This document shows, piece after piece, positions 1 through 13,504 of a stretch of DNA of 64,000 nucleotides (position 1 is the first letter of the stretch; each line of letters begins with the position of its first letter). The notes under the pieces were generated by a model. It was not told the origin of the DNA and ran no database searches. It saw only the letters and a list, made by a program, of their open reading frames with translations. The DNA is taken from NCBI GenBank assembly GCA_037189525.1, contig JBBCJC010000003.1, forward strand, positions 416,001 to 480,000. Direction: 5' to 3'. A program made the translations under genes and the position numbers. The stretch comes from Gemmatimonadales bacterium. GTDB taxonomy: Bacteria > Gemmatimonadota > Gemmatimonadetes > Gemmatimonadales > GWC2-71-9.

Positions 1-614
1 AGGTGATGGTGCAGGAGGGCGCGCTGGGCGAGGTGTATTACCTCTATTCGCAGCGGGTCAACCTGGGGCAGGTGCGGCCCGACGAGAATGCGCTGTGGAG
101 CTTCGGCCCGCACGACATTTCGGTGGCGCTCTATCTGATGGGAGAGGCGCCCGTGTCCGTTTCGGCGCAGGGCCACTCGTACCTGCAGCAGGGTATCGAG
201 GACGTCGTGTTCATGGTGATGCGGTTCCGGTCCGGAGTCGTCGCCCATGCGCACCTGTCGTGGCTCGACCCCCATAAGGAGCGCAAGCTGACGGTCGTCG
301 GCTCGAAGCAGATGGCGGTGTTCGATGACATGGCGCCGCGGGAAAAGCTTCGGCTGTACGACAAAGGGATCGATCGACCGCCGGAGTACGGGTCGTACGG
401 GGAGAGCCTGGCCGTTCGGGAGGGAGACATCTGGATCCCCAAGATTCCGACGGCGGAGCCCTTGGCGCTGGAGCTCGCGCATTTCGTACAGGTTGCCCGG
501 GGCGAAGTGCCCACCCGCGCCGATGCGCGGGATGGTCTCCGGGTCGTGAGGGTGTTGGAAGCGGCCACTCGCTCGCTTGGGAGCGGGGGCGCACCGGTTT
601 CCGTGGAGGAATGA
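1..614 (+). CDS. Gfo/Idh/MocA-family oxidoreductase, C-terminal part (5' end outside window); probably a nucleotide-sugar oxidase of WlbA/WbpB type
   Basis: Open frame from window start with RVNLG...ENALWSFGPHDIS, SWLDPHKERKLTVVG and EPLALELAHF motifs; next to nucleotide-sugar dehydrogenases. Confidence 0.8.
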   Translation, partial: VMVQEGALGEVYYLYSQRVNLGQVRPDENALWSFGPHDISVALYLMGEAPVSVSAQGHSYLQQGIEDVVFMVMRFRSGVVAHAHLSWLDPHKERKLTVVGSKQMAVFDDMAPREKLRLYDKGIDRPPEYGSYGESLAVREGDIWIPKIPTAEPLALELAHFVQVARGEVPTRADARDGLRVVRVLEAATRSLGSGGAPVSVEE

Positions 615-618
615 ACTG

Positions 619-1905
619 ATGTCGTTGGCGGATTCGCTGGTCGAAAAGGCACGAAGCCGAGAGGCCTTGTTTGGCATCGTCGGATTGGGATATGTCGGGC
701 TCCCGCTGGCCGTGGAACTGGCCAAAGTGGGCTACCGCGTGGTGGGCTTCGATGTCAGCCAGCGCGTCGTAGACGGGCTCAACGCGGGCAAGTCGCACGT
801 CAAGGACATCAGCGATGCGGACCTGGCGGCCATCAAGGGCAAGTTCACGGCCACCACGGACGGCAACGCGCTCGGGGAGTGCGACGCGATTTCGATCTGC
901 GTACCGACTCCGCTGTCCAAGTTCAAAGACCCCGACGTGAGCTACATCGTCGCGGCCACCGAGACGGTCAAGGATGTGTTGCGCCCGGGGCAGGCGATCA
1001 TCCTCGAGAGTACGACCTATCCCGGGACGACGCGCGAGATCATGCTCCCTGCGCTGGAAGCGACCGGCCTCAAGGCGGGGCAGGATTTCTTCCTGGCCTT
1101 CAGCCCCGAGCGGGTCGATCCGGGCAATCCGGTCTACCAGACGCGCAACACGCCCAAGGTGGTGGGTGGCATTACGGACGACTGCCGCCGGGTCGTGATG
1201 GAGCTCTATCAGCCGGCCATCGACACCCTGGTGCCAGTGTCGACCACGGAGGCGGCCGAGCTCGTTAAACTGCTCGAGAACACCTTCCGAAGCGTCAATA
1301 TCGGCCTGGCCAACGAAATGGCCATCGTCTGCGATATGCTGGGCGTCGACGTCTGGGAAGTGATCGATGCGGCGGCCACCAAGCCGTTCGGCTTCATGAA
1401 GTTCCTGCCGGGCCCCGGGCTTGGTGGGCACTGCATTCCGATCGATCCGCACTACCTCGCCTGGAAGATGCGCGGGCTCAACTACAAAACCCGGTTCATC
1501 GATCTGGCCGGCGAACTCAACACCGAAATGCCGCTCTTCTGGGTGCGCAAGATCAACGAAGCCCTCAACGACGCCGGTAAGGCGTTCAAGGGGTCATCGA
1601 TTCTGATCGTGGGTGTGGCCTACAAGCGCGACATCGAGGACATCCGGGAGAGCCCGGCGCTCGACATCATCCGCCTGCTGGAAGGGCGCGGCGCCAAGGT
1701 CAGCTATCACGATCCGTACGTGCCGTCGTTCAGCGAAGACGGGCACCAGGCGGTGTCGGTGCCGCTGACCAAGGAAGTCCTTGCGGCCGCCGACTGTGTG
1801 GTCATCGTGACCGACCACGCCAACATCGACTACGGTCTGGTGCGCCGTGAGGCGCGTCGTGTGGTCGACACTCGCAACGCCCTGCGCAAAGGCACCACGG
1901 CGTAA
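619..1905 (+). CDS. Nucleotide sugar dehydrogenase (UDP-N-acetylglucosamine 6-dehydrogenase, WbpA/WecC-like)
   Basis: GLGYVGLP Rossmann motif, ICVPTP, LESTTYPGTT, FSPERVDPG, KLLENTFR, catalytic GGHCIPIDP; ATG 619 after GGAGGA. Confidence 0.9.
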   Translation: MSLADSLVEKARSREALFGIVGLGYVGLPLAVELAKVGYRVVGFDVSQRVVDGLNAGKSHVKDISDADLAAIKGKFTATTDGNALGECDAISICVPTPLSKFKDPDVSYIVAATETVKDVLRPGQAIILESTTYPGTTREIMLPALEATGLKAGQDFFLAFSPERVDPGNPVYQTRNTPKVVGGITDDCRRVVMELYQPAIDTLVPVSTTEAAELVKLLENTFRSVNIGLANEMAIVCDMLGVDVWEVIDAAATKPFGFMKFLPGPGLGGHCIPIDPHYLAWKMRGLNYKTRFIDLAGELNTEMPLFWVRKINEALNDAGKAFKGSSILIVGVAYKRDIEDIRESPALDIIRLLEGRGAKVSYHDPYVPSFSEDGHQAVSVPLTKEVLAAADCVVIVTDHANIDYGLVRREARRVVDTRNALRKGTTA

Positions 1906-1908
1906 CCG

Positions 1909-3216
1909 ATGCGGGTCACGGTTATCGGGACGGGGTATGTCGGGCTGGTGGCGGGTGCGTGCCTGGCGGAGACCGGCAACGACGTCATCTGCGCGGATGT
2001 CGACGAAGCCAAGATCGCCCGCTTGAAGGAAAACTGGATTCCGATCTACGAGCCCGGCCTCAAGCCGCTCGTGATTCGGAACCAGACCGAGGGCCGTCTG
2101 GCCTTCACGACCGATCTGGATCAGGCGGTCCGCCACGGCGAAGTCGTCTTCATTGCGGTCGGGACTCCGCCTGGAGAAGACGGCTCCGCCGATCTGCGGC
2201 ACGTGCTCGATGTGGCGCAGGTGATCGGTCGCAATCTCAACGAACCCAAAGTCGTCGTCACCAAGTCGACCGTGCCCGTCGGTACGGCCGAGAGCGTTCG
2301 GCAGGCCATCGCGGCGGAGTCGTCGCAGCCCTTCTTCATGGCGTCGAATCCGGAGTTCCTCAAAGAGGGCGCGGCCATCGACGATTTCATGAAGCCCGAC
2401 CGGGTCGTCGTCGGCGTGGATTCCGACGAGGCGCGCGAGCGTCTGGGCGAGTTGTACGCGCCGTTCGTGCGCACCGGGAATCCGATCCTCTTCATGGACA
2501 TTCCCTCCGCCGAGGTCACGAAGTACGCCGCCAATGCCATGCTGGCGACGCGTATCTCCTTCATGAATCAGATCGCGCTGTTCTGCGAGCAGGTCGGCGC
2601 CGACGTCGGCATGGTGCGCAAGGGCATCGGAACCGATCGCCGGATCGGTCCCGCCTTTCTCTTTCCGGGGCCGGGATACGGCGGGTCGTGTTTCCCCAAG
2701 GACGTCAAAGCGTTGATCCGGTCGGCTGATGAGATCGGCATGGATGCCGATCTGTGGCGGGCGGTCGAAGCGGTCAATCAGCGCCAGAAGAATGTCCTTC
2801 TCGCCAAGCTCGAATACGCGCTCGGCGGCGAGTTGGCCGGCCGGCGGATTGCGGTCTGGGGGCTCTCGTTCAAGCCCGAGACCGACGACATGCGGGAGAG
2901 CCCGTCGATTCCGCTGATCGAAGGGGTGCTCGCTGCCGGTGGTTCGGTCGCTGCGCACGATCCGAAAGCGATGGATGCCGCTCGTCAGGTGTTTGCCGAC
3001 CGGATCCAGTACGCGCGCGACCCGTACGATGCGCTCGGCGGCGCGGACGCCCTGGTGATCGTGACGGAGTGGCTGGTCTATCGCAATCCGGATTTCGATC
3101 GGGTCAAGTCGCTGCTCGTAGCTCCGCTCATCGTCGACGGCCGGAACTTGTTCGATCCGCTTCGGATGCAGCGGGCCGGGTTTCGCTACGCGAGCATCGG
3201 CCGGGTCACGGTATGA
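1909..3216 (+). CDS. ugd: UDP-glucose 6-dehydrogenase
   Basis: [50 protein letters not shown]. Confidence 0.92.
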   Translation: MRVTVIGTGYVGLVAGACLAETGNDVICADVDEAKIARLKENWIPIYEPGLKPLVIRNQTEGRLAFTTDLDQAVRHGEVVFIAVGTPPGEDGSADLRHVLDVAQVIGRNLNEPKVVVTKSTVPVGTAESVRQAIAAESSQPFFMASNPEFLKEGAAIDDFMKPDRVVVGVDSDEARERLGELYAPFVRTGNPILFMDIPSAEVTKYAANAMLATRISFMNQIALFCEQVGADVGMVRKGIGTDRRIGPAFLFPGPGYGGSCFPKDVKALIRSADEIGMDADLWRAVEAVNQRQKNVLLAKLEYALGGELAGRRIAVWGLSFKPETDDMRESPSIPLIEGVLAAGGSVAAHDPKAMDAARQVFADRIQYARDPYDALGGADALVIVTEWLVYRNPDFDRVKSLLVAPLIVDGRNLFDPLRMQRAGFRYASIGRVTV

Positions 3217-4148
3217 GAGTCGTGATCACCGGCGCGGCCGGTTTCCTGGGGTCGCACCTTGCCGATCGGTTTTTGGCGGAAGGCTATCGGGTCGTCGGTG
3301 TCGACAACTTCCTGACTGGGTCGCGGGAAAACCTGCGACATCTGCTTCAGCAGCCTGAATTCGAGTTTCTCGAGCAGGATGTCTCGCGCGGTCTCGAGGT
3401 GGCCGGGCCGCTCGACGGGGTGCTTCACTTCGCCTCTCCCGCCAGTCCGATCGACTATCTCGAGCATCCTCTCCCGACACTCGAAGTTGGCTCGCTGGGC
3501 ACCCGGAACGCGCTGCTCCTGGCGCAGGCGACAGGCGCCCGGTTTCTGCTGGCGTCCACGTCCGAGGTCTACGGCGACCCGCTGGTCCATCCGCAGCCGG
3601 AGAGCTATTGGGGGAACGTCAATCCGGTCGGGCCGCGGTCGGTCTACGACGAAGCAAAACGCTTCAGCGAGGCCCTGACGATGGCCTTTCATCGTCAGCA
3701 TGGCGTCGAGACGCGGATCGTCCGGATCTTCAATACCTACGGCCCCCGGATGCGGGCCCGGGATGGTCGGGTGGTGTCGAACTTCATCGTGCAGGCCCTG
3801 AAGGGCGAGCCGCTGACGGTCTACGGCGACGGGAACCAGACCCGGTCCTTCTGCTACGTCTCGGACCTGGTCGACGGGATCTACCGGCTGTTCCGGAGTG
3901 ATCGGATCGAGCCGACCAACATCGGGAATCCCAACGAGTTCACCATGCTGGAACTGGCCCGGCTGGTCCAGGAGCTGGTCGGCTCGTCGGTACCCCTTCG
4001 GCACGATCCGCTGCCCGTCGACGATCCGAAGGTGCGCCGGCCCGACATCACCCTCGCCACCACCCAGCTGGGCTGGCAACCCACGGTCGAACTCCGCGAA
4101 GGGCTCGAGCGAACCATCCCGCATTTCCGGGCGGCCCTGACCGCCTAG
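3213..4148 (+). CDS. UDP-glucuronate decarboxylase / UDP-xylose synthase family (extended SDR)
   Basis: [59 protein letters not shown] overlap with ugd stop. Confidence 0.88.
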   Translation: MRVVITGAAGFLGSHLADRFLAEGYRVVGVDNFLTGSRENLRHLLQQPEFEFLEQDVSRGLEVAGPLDGVLHFASPASPIDYLEHPLPTLEVGSLGTRNALLLAQATGARFLLASTSEVYGDPLVHPQPESYWGNVNPVGPRSVYDEAKRFSEALTMAFHRQHGVETRIVRIFNTYGPRMRARDGRVVSNFIVQALKGEPLTVYGDGNQTRSFCYVSDLVDGIYRLFRSDRIEPTNIGNPNEFTMLELARLVQELVGSSVPLRHDPLPVDDPKVRRPDITLATTQLGWQPTVELREGLERTIPHFRAALTA

Positions 4149-4221
4149 CCTCGGGGTCCGGCAGGCCGGCCTCCGGGCCGGCAGCGCGCCTCCGCGAGCC
4201 GCGCAAATCCGCCGACCACGC

Positions 4222-4227
4222 TATCTT
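4222..4227 (+). promoter_or_regulatory. Putative sigma70-type -10 element (TATCTT) for the TPR-bamD-nadD-secA operon
   Basis: TAnnnT hexamer in an AT-richer patch of a GC-rich intergenic region; the same hexamer recurs at 19372 and 27673. Confidence 0.45.
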
Positions 4228-4356
4228 ACATGCTTGTGCCGGATTCCCGCCGGCCCCCAAATCGGGGCCCGGCGCGACGGTCCGACGGTGCGATTCATCG
4301 TCATCGTCGACGGGGTGAATCGGCCGAGTCGAACCCTCGGAATGACGGGTGGACGG

Positions 4357-5070
4357 ATGGCAATGCAAGTCAGCACCGAGCATCTCCTGCAGCAGGCCAA
4401 TGAACGGTTTGCCGTGCAGGACTACTACGGCGCGGTCCATCTGCTCGATGAGATTCTCGAGTCGGGGCGTCGCTTCGCTGACGTGTATCATCTTCGTGGC
4501 CTCAGCTTGTCGTTGCTCGGCCAGCCGGAAAAGGCCCTCGAGGATTTCGATCGCGCCTTGGGCGTCAATCCGCGGTACATCGATGCGCTGGTGCATCGGG
4601 GCGTCGTCCTGGTGGAGTTGGGACGATCGGGTGAGGCGGATGCTTCGTTTCAGCGCGCAGCGGCCCTGGGACAAACCGGACCGAGCGGCTTTTCGAACCC
4701 GGTGGCGTCGCGATTGGCCAACCTGCACGCCACGGTAGGCGATGCCTACGCCGAGGTCGGCGCGTTGGCGGATGCCATCCGGGAGTATCAGCGCGCGGTG
4801 GGGCTTGGTCCGCATTTCCACGATCTGCGCTACCGGCTGTCGCGGCTCCTGCTCGAGGCCGGGCGGCCGCTCGAGGCGCGCGAAGAACTGGAGCGGATCG
4901 TCGCGGTCCAGCCCAAGTTCGTCGATGCCCAGGCCGCGCTCGGCCTGGCGCACTACTTGTCGGGTGACGCGACAGGTGCGCAGGAAATCTGGGCCCGGTG
5001 CCTGATGCAGCGGCCCGAGAATGCGCGGATCGGTGCCTACCTTGCGATGGCGCGGCGGCTGGTGTCGTGA
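4357..5070 (+). CDS. Tetratricopeptide repeat protein (no signal peptide; start could be 4342, 4357 or 4363)
   Basis: Repeated TPR patterns (ALEDFDRALGVNP, AIREYQRAVGLGP, ALGLAHYLSGD). Confidence 0.8.
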   Translation: MAMQVSTEHLLQQANERFAVQDYYGAVHLLDEILESGRRFADVYHLRGLSLSLLGQPEKALEDFDRALGVNPRYIDALVHRGVVLVELGRSGEADASFQRAAALGQTGPSGFSNPVASRLANLHATVGDAYAEVGALADAIREYQRAVGLGPHFHDLRYRLSRLLLEAGRPLEAREELERIVAVQPKFVDAQAALGLAHYLSGDATGAQEIWARCLMQRPENARIGAYLAMARRLVS

Positions 5071-5963
5071 TGCGCGGGTGGCTGCTGCTCGTACTGGCGG
5101 GGCTGGGGTGCAGCGCCGCCGCGGCCGACCATGAGCGGTTGGGCGACCATGCCTATCGCGAAGGACAGTTTGCGCGGGCGCTGAGCGAGTACCAGGCGGC
5201 GCAGCGGAGCGGGGCCCGCAGCCGGGTCTGGGCCAAAGCGGGCGTGGCGGCGCTCAATGCCAGCGACTTTGCGGCCGCGACCGACGCGTTCACCGCGCTG
5301 GTTCGCGACGATCCGACCCGGACGGTCGAGGCGGCCGTCGGGCTCGAGCGGGCGGCGGCCGGGGCGGAGCGCCAGGGGGATGGCGCGACCATGGGGCGAG
5401 CGCTCCTGGCACTCCGGCAGGTGGCGCCGAGCCGACCGCTTGGTCGGCTGGCGCTCGGCCCGGTCGAGTCGCGCGGCGATCCGGCGACGGAGCTCCATCT
5501 GCTCCCCTCGGCCATGGCCATGGCCGAGGGACCGCGAGGCATCGATGCGCTCTTGCTGCGCTATGCCGATGCGCAGCGATCGACGGTGGCGTGTGAAGCG
5601 GCGGCGCGGAGCTACCAGACCCTGCTGCGGCGGACCGGCGATGCGCGGCTCCGGACGGCGGGGCAGGACGGCCTGGCTGAGTGTGCGCTTTTGCTGGGGC
5701 AGGATGCGCTGATTGCAGGAGACGGTTTTGTGGCGGAGCGATGGTTCGATCTGGTGGTGCGGTCCCAGTCGGCCAATGCGCGCGGCCTGGTGGCGCAGAT
5801 CGGCCTGGGCGATGCCCGGGTGTTGCAGGGTGACGCGCTGGGAGCGGCGGTTGCGTACCAGGCGGTACTCGCGGCCCCGGCCGGCTCGGACAGCCTGCGC
5901 CAGGTTGCCACGACCAAGCTGAATAGTCTCGGGGCCGGTTCGCCGCCCCCTACGGATGGGTGA
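5070..5963 (+). CDS. Hypothetical exported TPR-like protein, possible lipoprotein
   Basis: MRGWLLLVLAGLGC N-terminus, Ala-rich helical repeats; TGATG coupling to the upstream gene. Confidence 0.65.
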   Translation: MRGWLLLVLAGLGCSAAAADHERLGDHAYREGQFARALSEYQAAQRSGARSRVWAKAGVAALNASDFAAATDAFTALVRDDPTRTVEAAVGLERAAAGAERQGDGATMGRALLALRQVAPSRPLGRLALGPVESRGDPATELHLLPSAMAMAEGPRGIDALLLRYADAQRSTVACEAAARSYQTLLRRTGDARLRTAGQDGLAECALLLGQDALIAGDGFVAERWFDLVVRSQSANARGLVAQIGLGDARVLQGDALGAAVAYQAVLAAPAGSDSLRQVATTKLNSLGAGSPPPTDG

Positions 5964-5966
5964 CGC

Positions 5967-6758
5967 ATGAATCTGGTTCGAATCGGCCTGATGGCGGCGG
6001 TGGTCTTGTCCGCCGGGTGCTGGCCGTTCAAGGGAAAGCGAAACGACGCGCCGGTGCCGGTGCTGACCAACTCGCCGCAAGCTGTGGATTCGCTCTGGCG
6101 GGAAGGGGAGCAGGCCTTCAACCAGGGGCGGTGGGGGCGGGCGTCGCAGCTGTTCTCGCAGCTCAATGGCGTCATGCCGGTGACCGATGCGCGGATCAAC
6201 CGGATGGCGTTCTACCGGGGAGAAATCGAGCTGGCGCGCGGCAATCAGCTCGACGCCGTGCGCCAGTTCCGGCGCCTGGCCGACGAGCATCCGGATGACT
6301 CGCTGGCGGCAGATGCCTTGCTCCGCGCCGGCGATGCCTATTCGCAACTCTGGAAGCGGCCGGAACTCGACCCGACCTACGGTCAGACCGCGCTGGCGGT
6401 CTACCTCGAGGTGCAGAGCCGCTATCCCAACTCGCTCGCCTCGCAGCGGGCCGAGATCAAGATTCGGGTGCTGCAGGACCTCTTTGCGCAGAAGGATTAT
6501 CTGAGCGCGGTCTTCTACATCAAGTACAAGGCGTACGACTCGGCCGTGCTGATGCTGCGCGATCTGATTGCGCGATATCCCCGTTCGTCGGTGGTACCGG
6601 CGGCGCTGGAACGGCTGGTCGCGGCCTACCGGGCGCTCAAGTACGAAGAGGATGTCCAGGAAACCTGCCAGTACATCGTGCAGTTCCATCCGGATCCCGA
6701 GGGGCCGCGCAAACTCTGTCCCGCCACGGTGGCGACCGACTCGACCGGGCAGCTCTAG
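5967..6758 (+). CDS. bamD: Outer membrane protein assembly factor BamD (lipoprotein)
   Basis: Lipobox LSAGC, TPR repeats, PELDPTY...RYPNS, YLSAVFYIKYKAYDSA, RYPRS patterns typical of BamD/YfiO. Confidence 0.8.
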   Translation: MNLVRIGLMAAVVLSAGCWPFKGKRNDAPVPVLTNSPQAVDSLWREGEQAFNQGRWGRASQLFSQLNGVMPVTDARINRMAFYRGEIELARGNQLDAVRQFRRLADEHPDDSLAADALLRAGDAYSQLWKRPELDPTYGQTALAVYLEVQSRYPNSLASQRAEIKIRVLQDLFAQKDYLSAVFYIKYKAYDSAVLMLRDLIARYPRSSVVPAALERLVAAYRALKYEEDVQETCQYIVQFHPDPEGPRKLCPATVATDSTGQL

Positions 6759-7324
6759 TGCGCATTGCCGTGCTGGGCGGGTCGTTCGATCCGATCCATA
6801 CCGGCCACCTCGTGATTGCGCAGGTGGCGCTCGAGCTGCTTGGCGCGGACGAGATTCGTTGGATTCCGGTCGGTGAGCAGCCGCTCAAGATCGGCCAGCA
6901 CCGGGCGTCGGGAGCGGATCGGGCCCGCATGGTGGAGCTGGCCACGGCCGGGCAGCCGGGGTTCACGGTCGACCGGGCCGAGATCGACCGTCCGGGGCCG
7001 TCCTATACGGTCGAAACGTTGGACGACCTCCGCCGCCGTTTTCCGGGCGCGGCCATTAGCTTACTTCTCGGGGGCGATGCGGCGGCGTCCTTTACCGCCT
7101 GGAAGTCCCCGGGAGAAATTCGGGCCATGGCGGAGATCGTGGTTTTTGCGCGGGCGGGCGAGTTGCCGCCGGCGGGCATCGCGGACCGGATCATTCCGGT
7201 ACCGCGGATCGACATTTCATCGACCGCCGTGCGCGAGCGGGTGCGGCAGGGGCGGTCGATTCGGTACTGGGTCTCCGATGCGGTGGCCGAGTACATCACG
7301 CAGCACGGTTTGTATCAGGACTGA
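6758..7324 (+). CDS. nadD: Nicotinate-nucleotide adenylyltransferase
   Basis: [41 protein letters not shown]. Confidence 0.95.
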   Translation: MRIAVLGGSFDPIHTGHLVIAQVALELLGADEIRWIPVGEQPLKIGQHRASGADRARMVELATAGQPGFTVDRAEIDRPGPSYTVETLDDLRRRFPGAAISLLLGGDAAASFTAWKSPGEIRAMAEIVVFARAGELPPAGIADRIIPVPRIDISSTAVRERVRQGRSIRYWVSDAVAEYITQHGLYQD

Positions 7325-7326
7325 CG

Positions 7327-10473
<3,147 letters not shown>

Positions 10474-10570
10474 CGGATCTTCGAGGTGACCCGGCGGGGC
10501 CGGGTCATCTCGGCTGATAATTGTCGCTTTTCGGTTATCGGATTCTGCCCGGCCGCCCCATCTTGTCGGG

Positions 10571-11254
10571 GTGCTGCTGCCGCCCTCTGACGCCCATCCT
10601 GGCGATCTCCCGCGCGAACGGCTGATCCGTAATGGACCAGCCGCATTGACGACTGTCGAGTTGCTTGCGATTCTGATAGGTACCGGTCAAGTCGGTGCCG
10701 ATGTGGTTGTGGTGGCCCAGGCCGTCCATCGGTCCGTGGGCGGTTCGCTGCGGCGTCTGGCCCAGACCCCCGACGCGGAGTTGCGTCGGGTGGCCGGAGT
10801 GGGGGTGGCCAAGGCGGCGCGACTGTCGGCGGCGCTCGAGCTGGGTCGGCGGCTGGTCCGGGAGGAACGCCCGCTCCGGCCGCGGATCCGGTCGCCGGAG
10901 GATGTCGCCAGGCTGATCGGCGACCGGCTGCGGGATCTGGAGGTCGAGGAGTTCCACGTCCTGGCCCTGTCGGCCCAGCGGGACGTGCTCCGGGATGTCC
11001 TGGTGTCCCGCGGGGTGCTGACCGGCGCCCTGGTGCACCCTCGCGAGGTCTTCCGCCCGGCTATTGCCGAGGCGGCGGCGGGGATCATCGTGGTACACAA
11101 CCATCCGAGTGGCGATCCGACCCCGTCGCCCGAGGATCGGGCGGTCACCGGTCAGCTGGTGGCGGCAGGGGCTATCGTCGGCATTCCGGTGCTCGACCAT
11201 GTGATCGTTGGTGGAGACCGGTGGGTCAGTTTCGCGACGCAAGGATTGTTGTGA
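10571..11254 (+). CDS. radC: RadC / JAB-domain protein (UPF0758)
   Basis: PRERL, ELLAILIGTG, HhH-like GVGVAKA, VHPREVF, JAB motif HNHPSGDPTPSPED, LDHVIVG. Confidence 0.93.
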   Translation: MLLPPSDAHPGDLPRERLIRNGPAALTTVELLAILIGTGQVGADVVVVAQAVHRSVGGSLRRLAQTPDAELRRVAGVGVAKAARLSAALELGRRLVREERPLRPRIRSPEDVARLIGDRLRDLEVEEFHVLALSAQRDVLRDVLVSRGVLTGALVHPREVFRPAIAEAAAGIIVVHNHPSGDPTPSPEDRAVTGQLVAAGAIVGIPVLDHVIVGGDRWVSFATQGLL

Positions 11255-13410
11255 CCGAAGCAGTAGCAGGTGGGAGTACCGATTTCAGGGCGGCACTCGA
11301 GCGCCACGCAGATCGTCTCGATCTCGGGCTGATCGATCGCGCCCTCCAGTTCAGTGCGTCGGCCCATCGCGGCCAGAAACGCATGTCGGGCGAGGACTTC
11401 GTCTCGCACAGCATCGCGGTGGCCACGATTCTGGTCAGCCAGCTGCTGGACACCACCTCGATTGCTGCCGCGCTGCTCCACGATGTGGTCGAGGACTCGG
11501 AAGTCACGGTGGCGGACATCGCGACCGAGTTCGGACCGGAAGTGGCCGGGCTGGTCGATGGTCTCACCAAGATTTCCCATCTGACCTTCCGCTCGCGGGC
11601 CGAAGAGCAGGTCGAGAACTATCGTAAGCTGCTGCTCTCGATTGCCAAGGATGCCCGGGTCATCATCATCAAGCTGGCCGACCGGCTCCACAACATGCGC
11701 ACTCTGGAGCACCTCCCGCCGGAGCGGCGGGAGCGGATTGCGCTCGAGACCCGGGAGATCTACGCGCCGCTGTCGCACCGCTTCGGCATGGCCAAGGTCA
11801 AGGCCGAGCTGGAAGACCTGGCGTTCAAGTTCCTGGAGCCCGAGGAATATGTCGGTCTTGCGCGGCAAGTGGCGGCGAAGCGCGCCGAGCGGGAAGAGAT
11901 GATCGAGGCGCTGCGCAAGCCGCTGGAGGAAGAACTGGTGCGTGCCGGGCTGACGGCCGAGGTGACCGGCCGGCCCAAGCATCTCTGGTCGATCTACCAG
12001 AAGATGCGCAAGCGCGGGATGCCGTTCGAGCAGGTCTACGACATGATGGCGCTCCGGATCCTGGTCGATTCGGTGCCGGCCTGCTATCACGTCCTGGGCA
12101 TCATCCACCACACTTGGACGCCGATTCAGGAGCGGATCAAAGACTACATCGCGTCGCCCAAGTCGAACGGCTATCAGTCGCTGCACACCACCATCTTCGG
12201 GCCGAACGGGCAGCTCTACGAAGTGCAGATTCGTACGCCCGAGATGCATCGGACGGCGGAGTTCGGCATCGCGGCCCACTGGCTCTACAAAGCGGATCGG
12301 GGCGGCCGTGACGAACTCGATCAGCACTTCGAATGGTTTCGTCAGCTGCTGGAGTTGCAGCAGGATGCGCACGGGCAGGAGGAGTTCCTCGAGTTCCTCA
12401 AGCTCGACCTCTATCAGGACGAGATCTTCGTGTTCACGCCGGAGGGCGACGTCAAGCAGCTCCCCAAGGGGGCGACGGCGATCGACTTTGCCTTTCATGT
12501 CCACAGCCAGGTCGGGTTGCGCTGCCAGGGAGCCAAGATCAACGGCCGCATCGCGCCGTTGCATCGCGAACTCAAGAACGGCGACACGGTCGAGATTCTG
12601 ACCTCGCCGAACGCGAAGCCGAGTCGCGACTGGCTCAATCACGTCAGAACCGCCCGGGCCCGTCAGCGAATCAAGTCCTGGGTCCGGCACGAAGAAGAGA
12701 CGATGAGCATCACGCTGGGTCGGGATATCCTGAACCGTGAGCTCAAGCGTCGCCGGCTCGATCCGCCCGATTCGGCCACGATCGAACGGGCAGCCAAGTC
12801 GGTCAGTCTGGCGGATACCCGCGCGCTCGAGGCCGCCATCGGACGGGGCGACCTGGCCATCGGGGCGGTGATGCGGGCACTCTATCCCGATCTGACCGAA
12901 GAAGACCTGCGCGAGCCCAAGCCGACCGTCTTTGGCCGGATGCTCAACCGGATCAGGCTCGGCCGCGGCATCAAGATTCAGGGGGTCGACGGCCTGCTGG
13001 TCCGATACGCTCAGTGTTGCCAGCCGGTGCCTGGCGACACGGTGGTCGGCTATGTGACTCAAGGGCGGGGCATCTCGATTCACCGGGCCGATTGTCCCAA
13101 CCTGCTGTCGATCCAGGAGGGCGACCGCCGGGTCGAGATCGACTGGCAGGAGCAGGAGGGAGAATCCTTTGCAGTCCGGCTGGTGCTGAACGCGGAAGAC
13201 CGGCGGGGACTCTATGCCGACATTCTCCAGGCGGTGAGCGCGTCGGGCACCAATATTCGCCGGGCCGACCTGCACACCAAGGACGGGTCGGCCTTCGGTA
13301 CCATCTTCATCGAAGTCGACAACCTTGCGCACCTTGCGAAGGTGCTGCGGGTGATCCGGCGCGTGAAGGGGGTCGTGTCCGTCGACCGGCGCGAAGTGAC
13401 GACCCACTGA
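11251..13410 (+). CDS. relA: Bifunctional (p)ppGpp synthetase/hydrolase, RelA/SpoT family
   Basis: HD domain AALLHDVVED, KLADRLHNMRT, KDYIASPKSNGYQSLHTT, EVQIRT, AAHWLYK, TGS domain (DFAFHVHS), AQCCQP, ACT domain; GTGA overlap with radC. Confidence 0.95.
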   Translation: MTEAVAGGSTDFRAALERHADRLDLGLIDRALQFSASAHRGQKRMSGEDFVSHSIAVATILVSQLLDTTSIAAALLHDVVEDSEVTVADIATEFGPEVAGLVDGLTKISHLTFRSRAEEQVENYRKLLLSIAKDARVIIIKLADRLHNMRTLEHLPPERRERIALETREIYAPLSHRFGMAKVKAELEDLAFKFLEPEEYVGLARQVAAKRAEREEMIEALRKPLEEELVRAGLTAEVTGRPKHLWSIYQKMRKRGMPFEQVYDMMALRILVDSVPACYHVLGIIHHTWTPIQERIKDYIASPKSNGYQSLHTTIFGPNGQLYEVQIRTPEMHRTAEFGIAAHWLYKADRGGRDELDQHFEWFRQLLELQQDAHGQEEFLEFLKLDLYQDEIFVFTPEGDVKQLPKGATAIDFAFHVHSQVGLRCQGAKINGRIAPLHRELKNGDTVEILTSPNAKPSRDWLNHVRTARARQRIKSWVRHEEETMSITLGRDILNRELKRRRLDPPDSATIERAAKSVSLADTRALEAAIGRGDLAIGAVMRALYPDLTEEDLREPKPTVFGRMLNRIRLGRGIKIQGVDGLLVRYAQCCQPVPGDTVVGYVTQGRGISIHRADCPNLLSIQEGDRRVEIDWQEQEGESFAVRLVLNAEDRRGLYADILQAVSASGTNIRRADLHTKDGSAFGTIFIEVDNLAHLAKVLRVIRRVKGVVSVDRREVTTH

Positions 13411-13504
13411 CCGGTTGCCGGGCAGGAGGGCGGTGAGGTAAAGCGGGGATCGGCGCCGTCAGCGGCGCACGCGGGTGTACTCGAACCGAACCACAGGGGT
13501 TGCC

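Noticed and set aside
10571..11254. radC as a marker of a mobile element
   Set aside because: Full-length form with N-terminal HhH region among core genes; no mobility genes nearby
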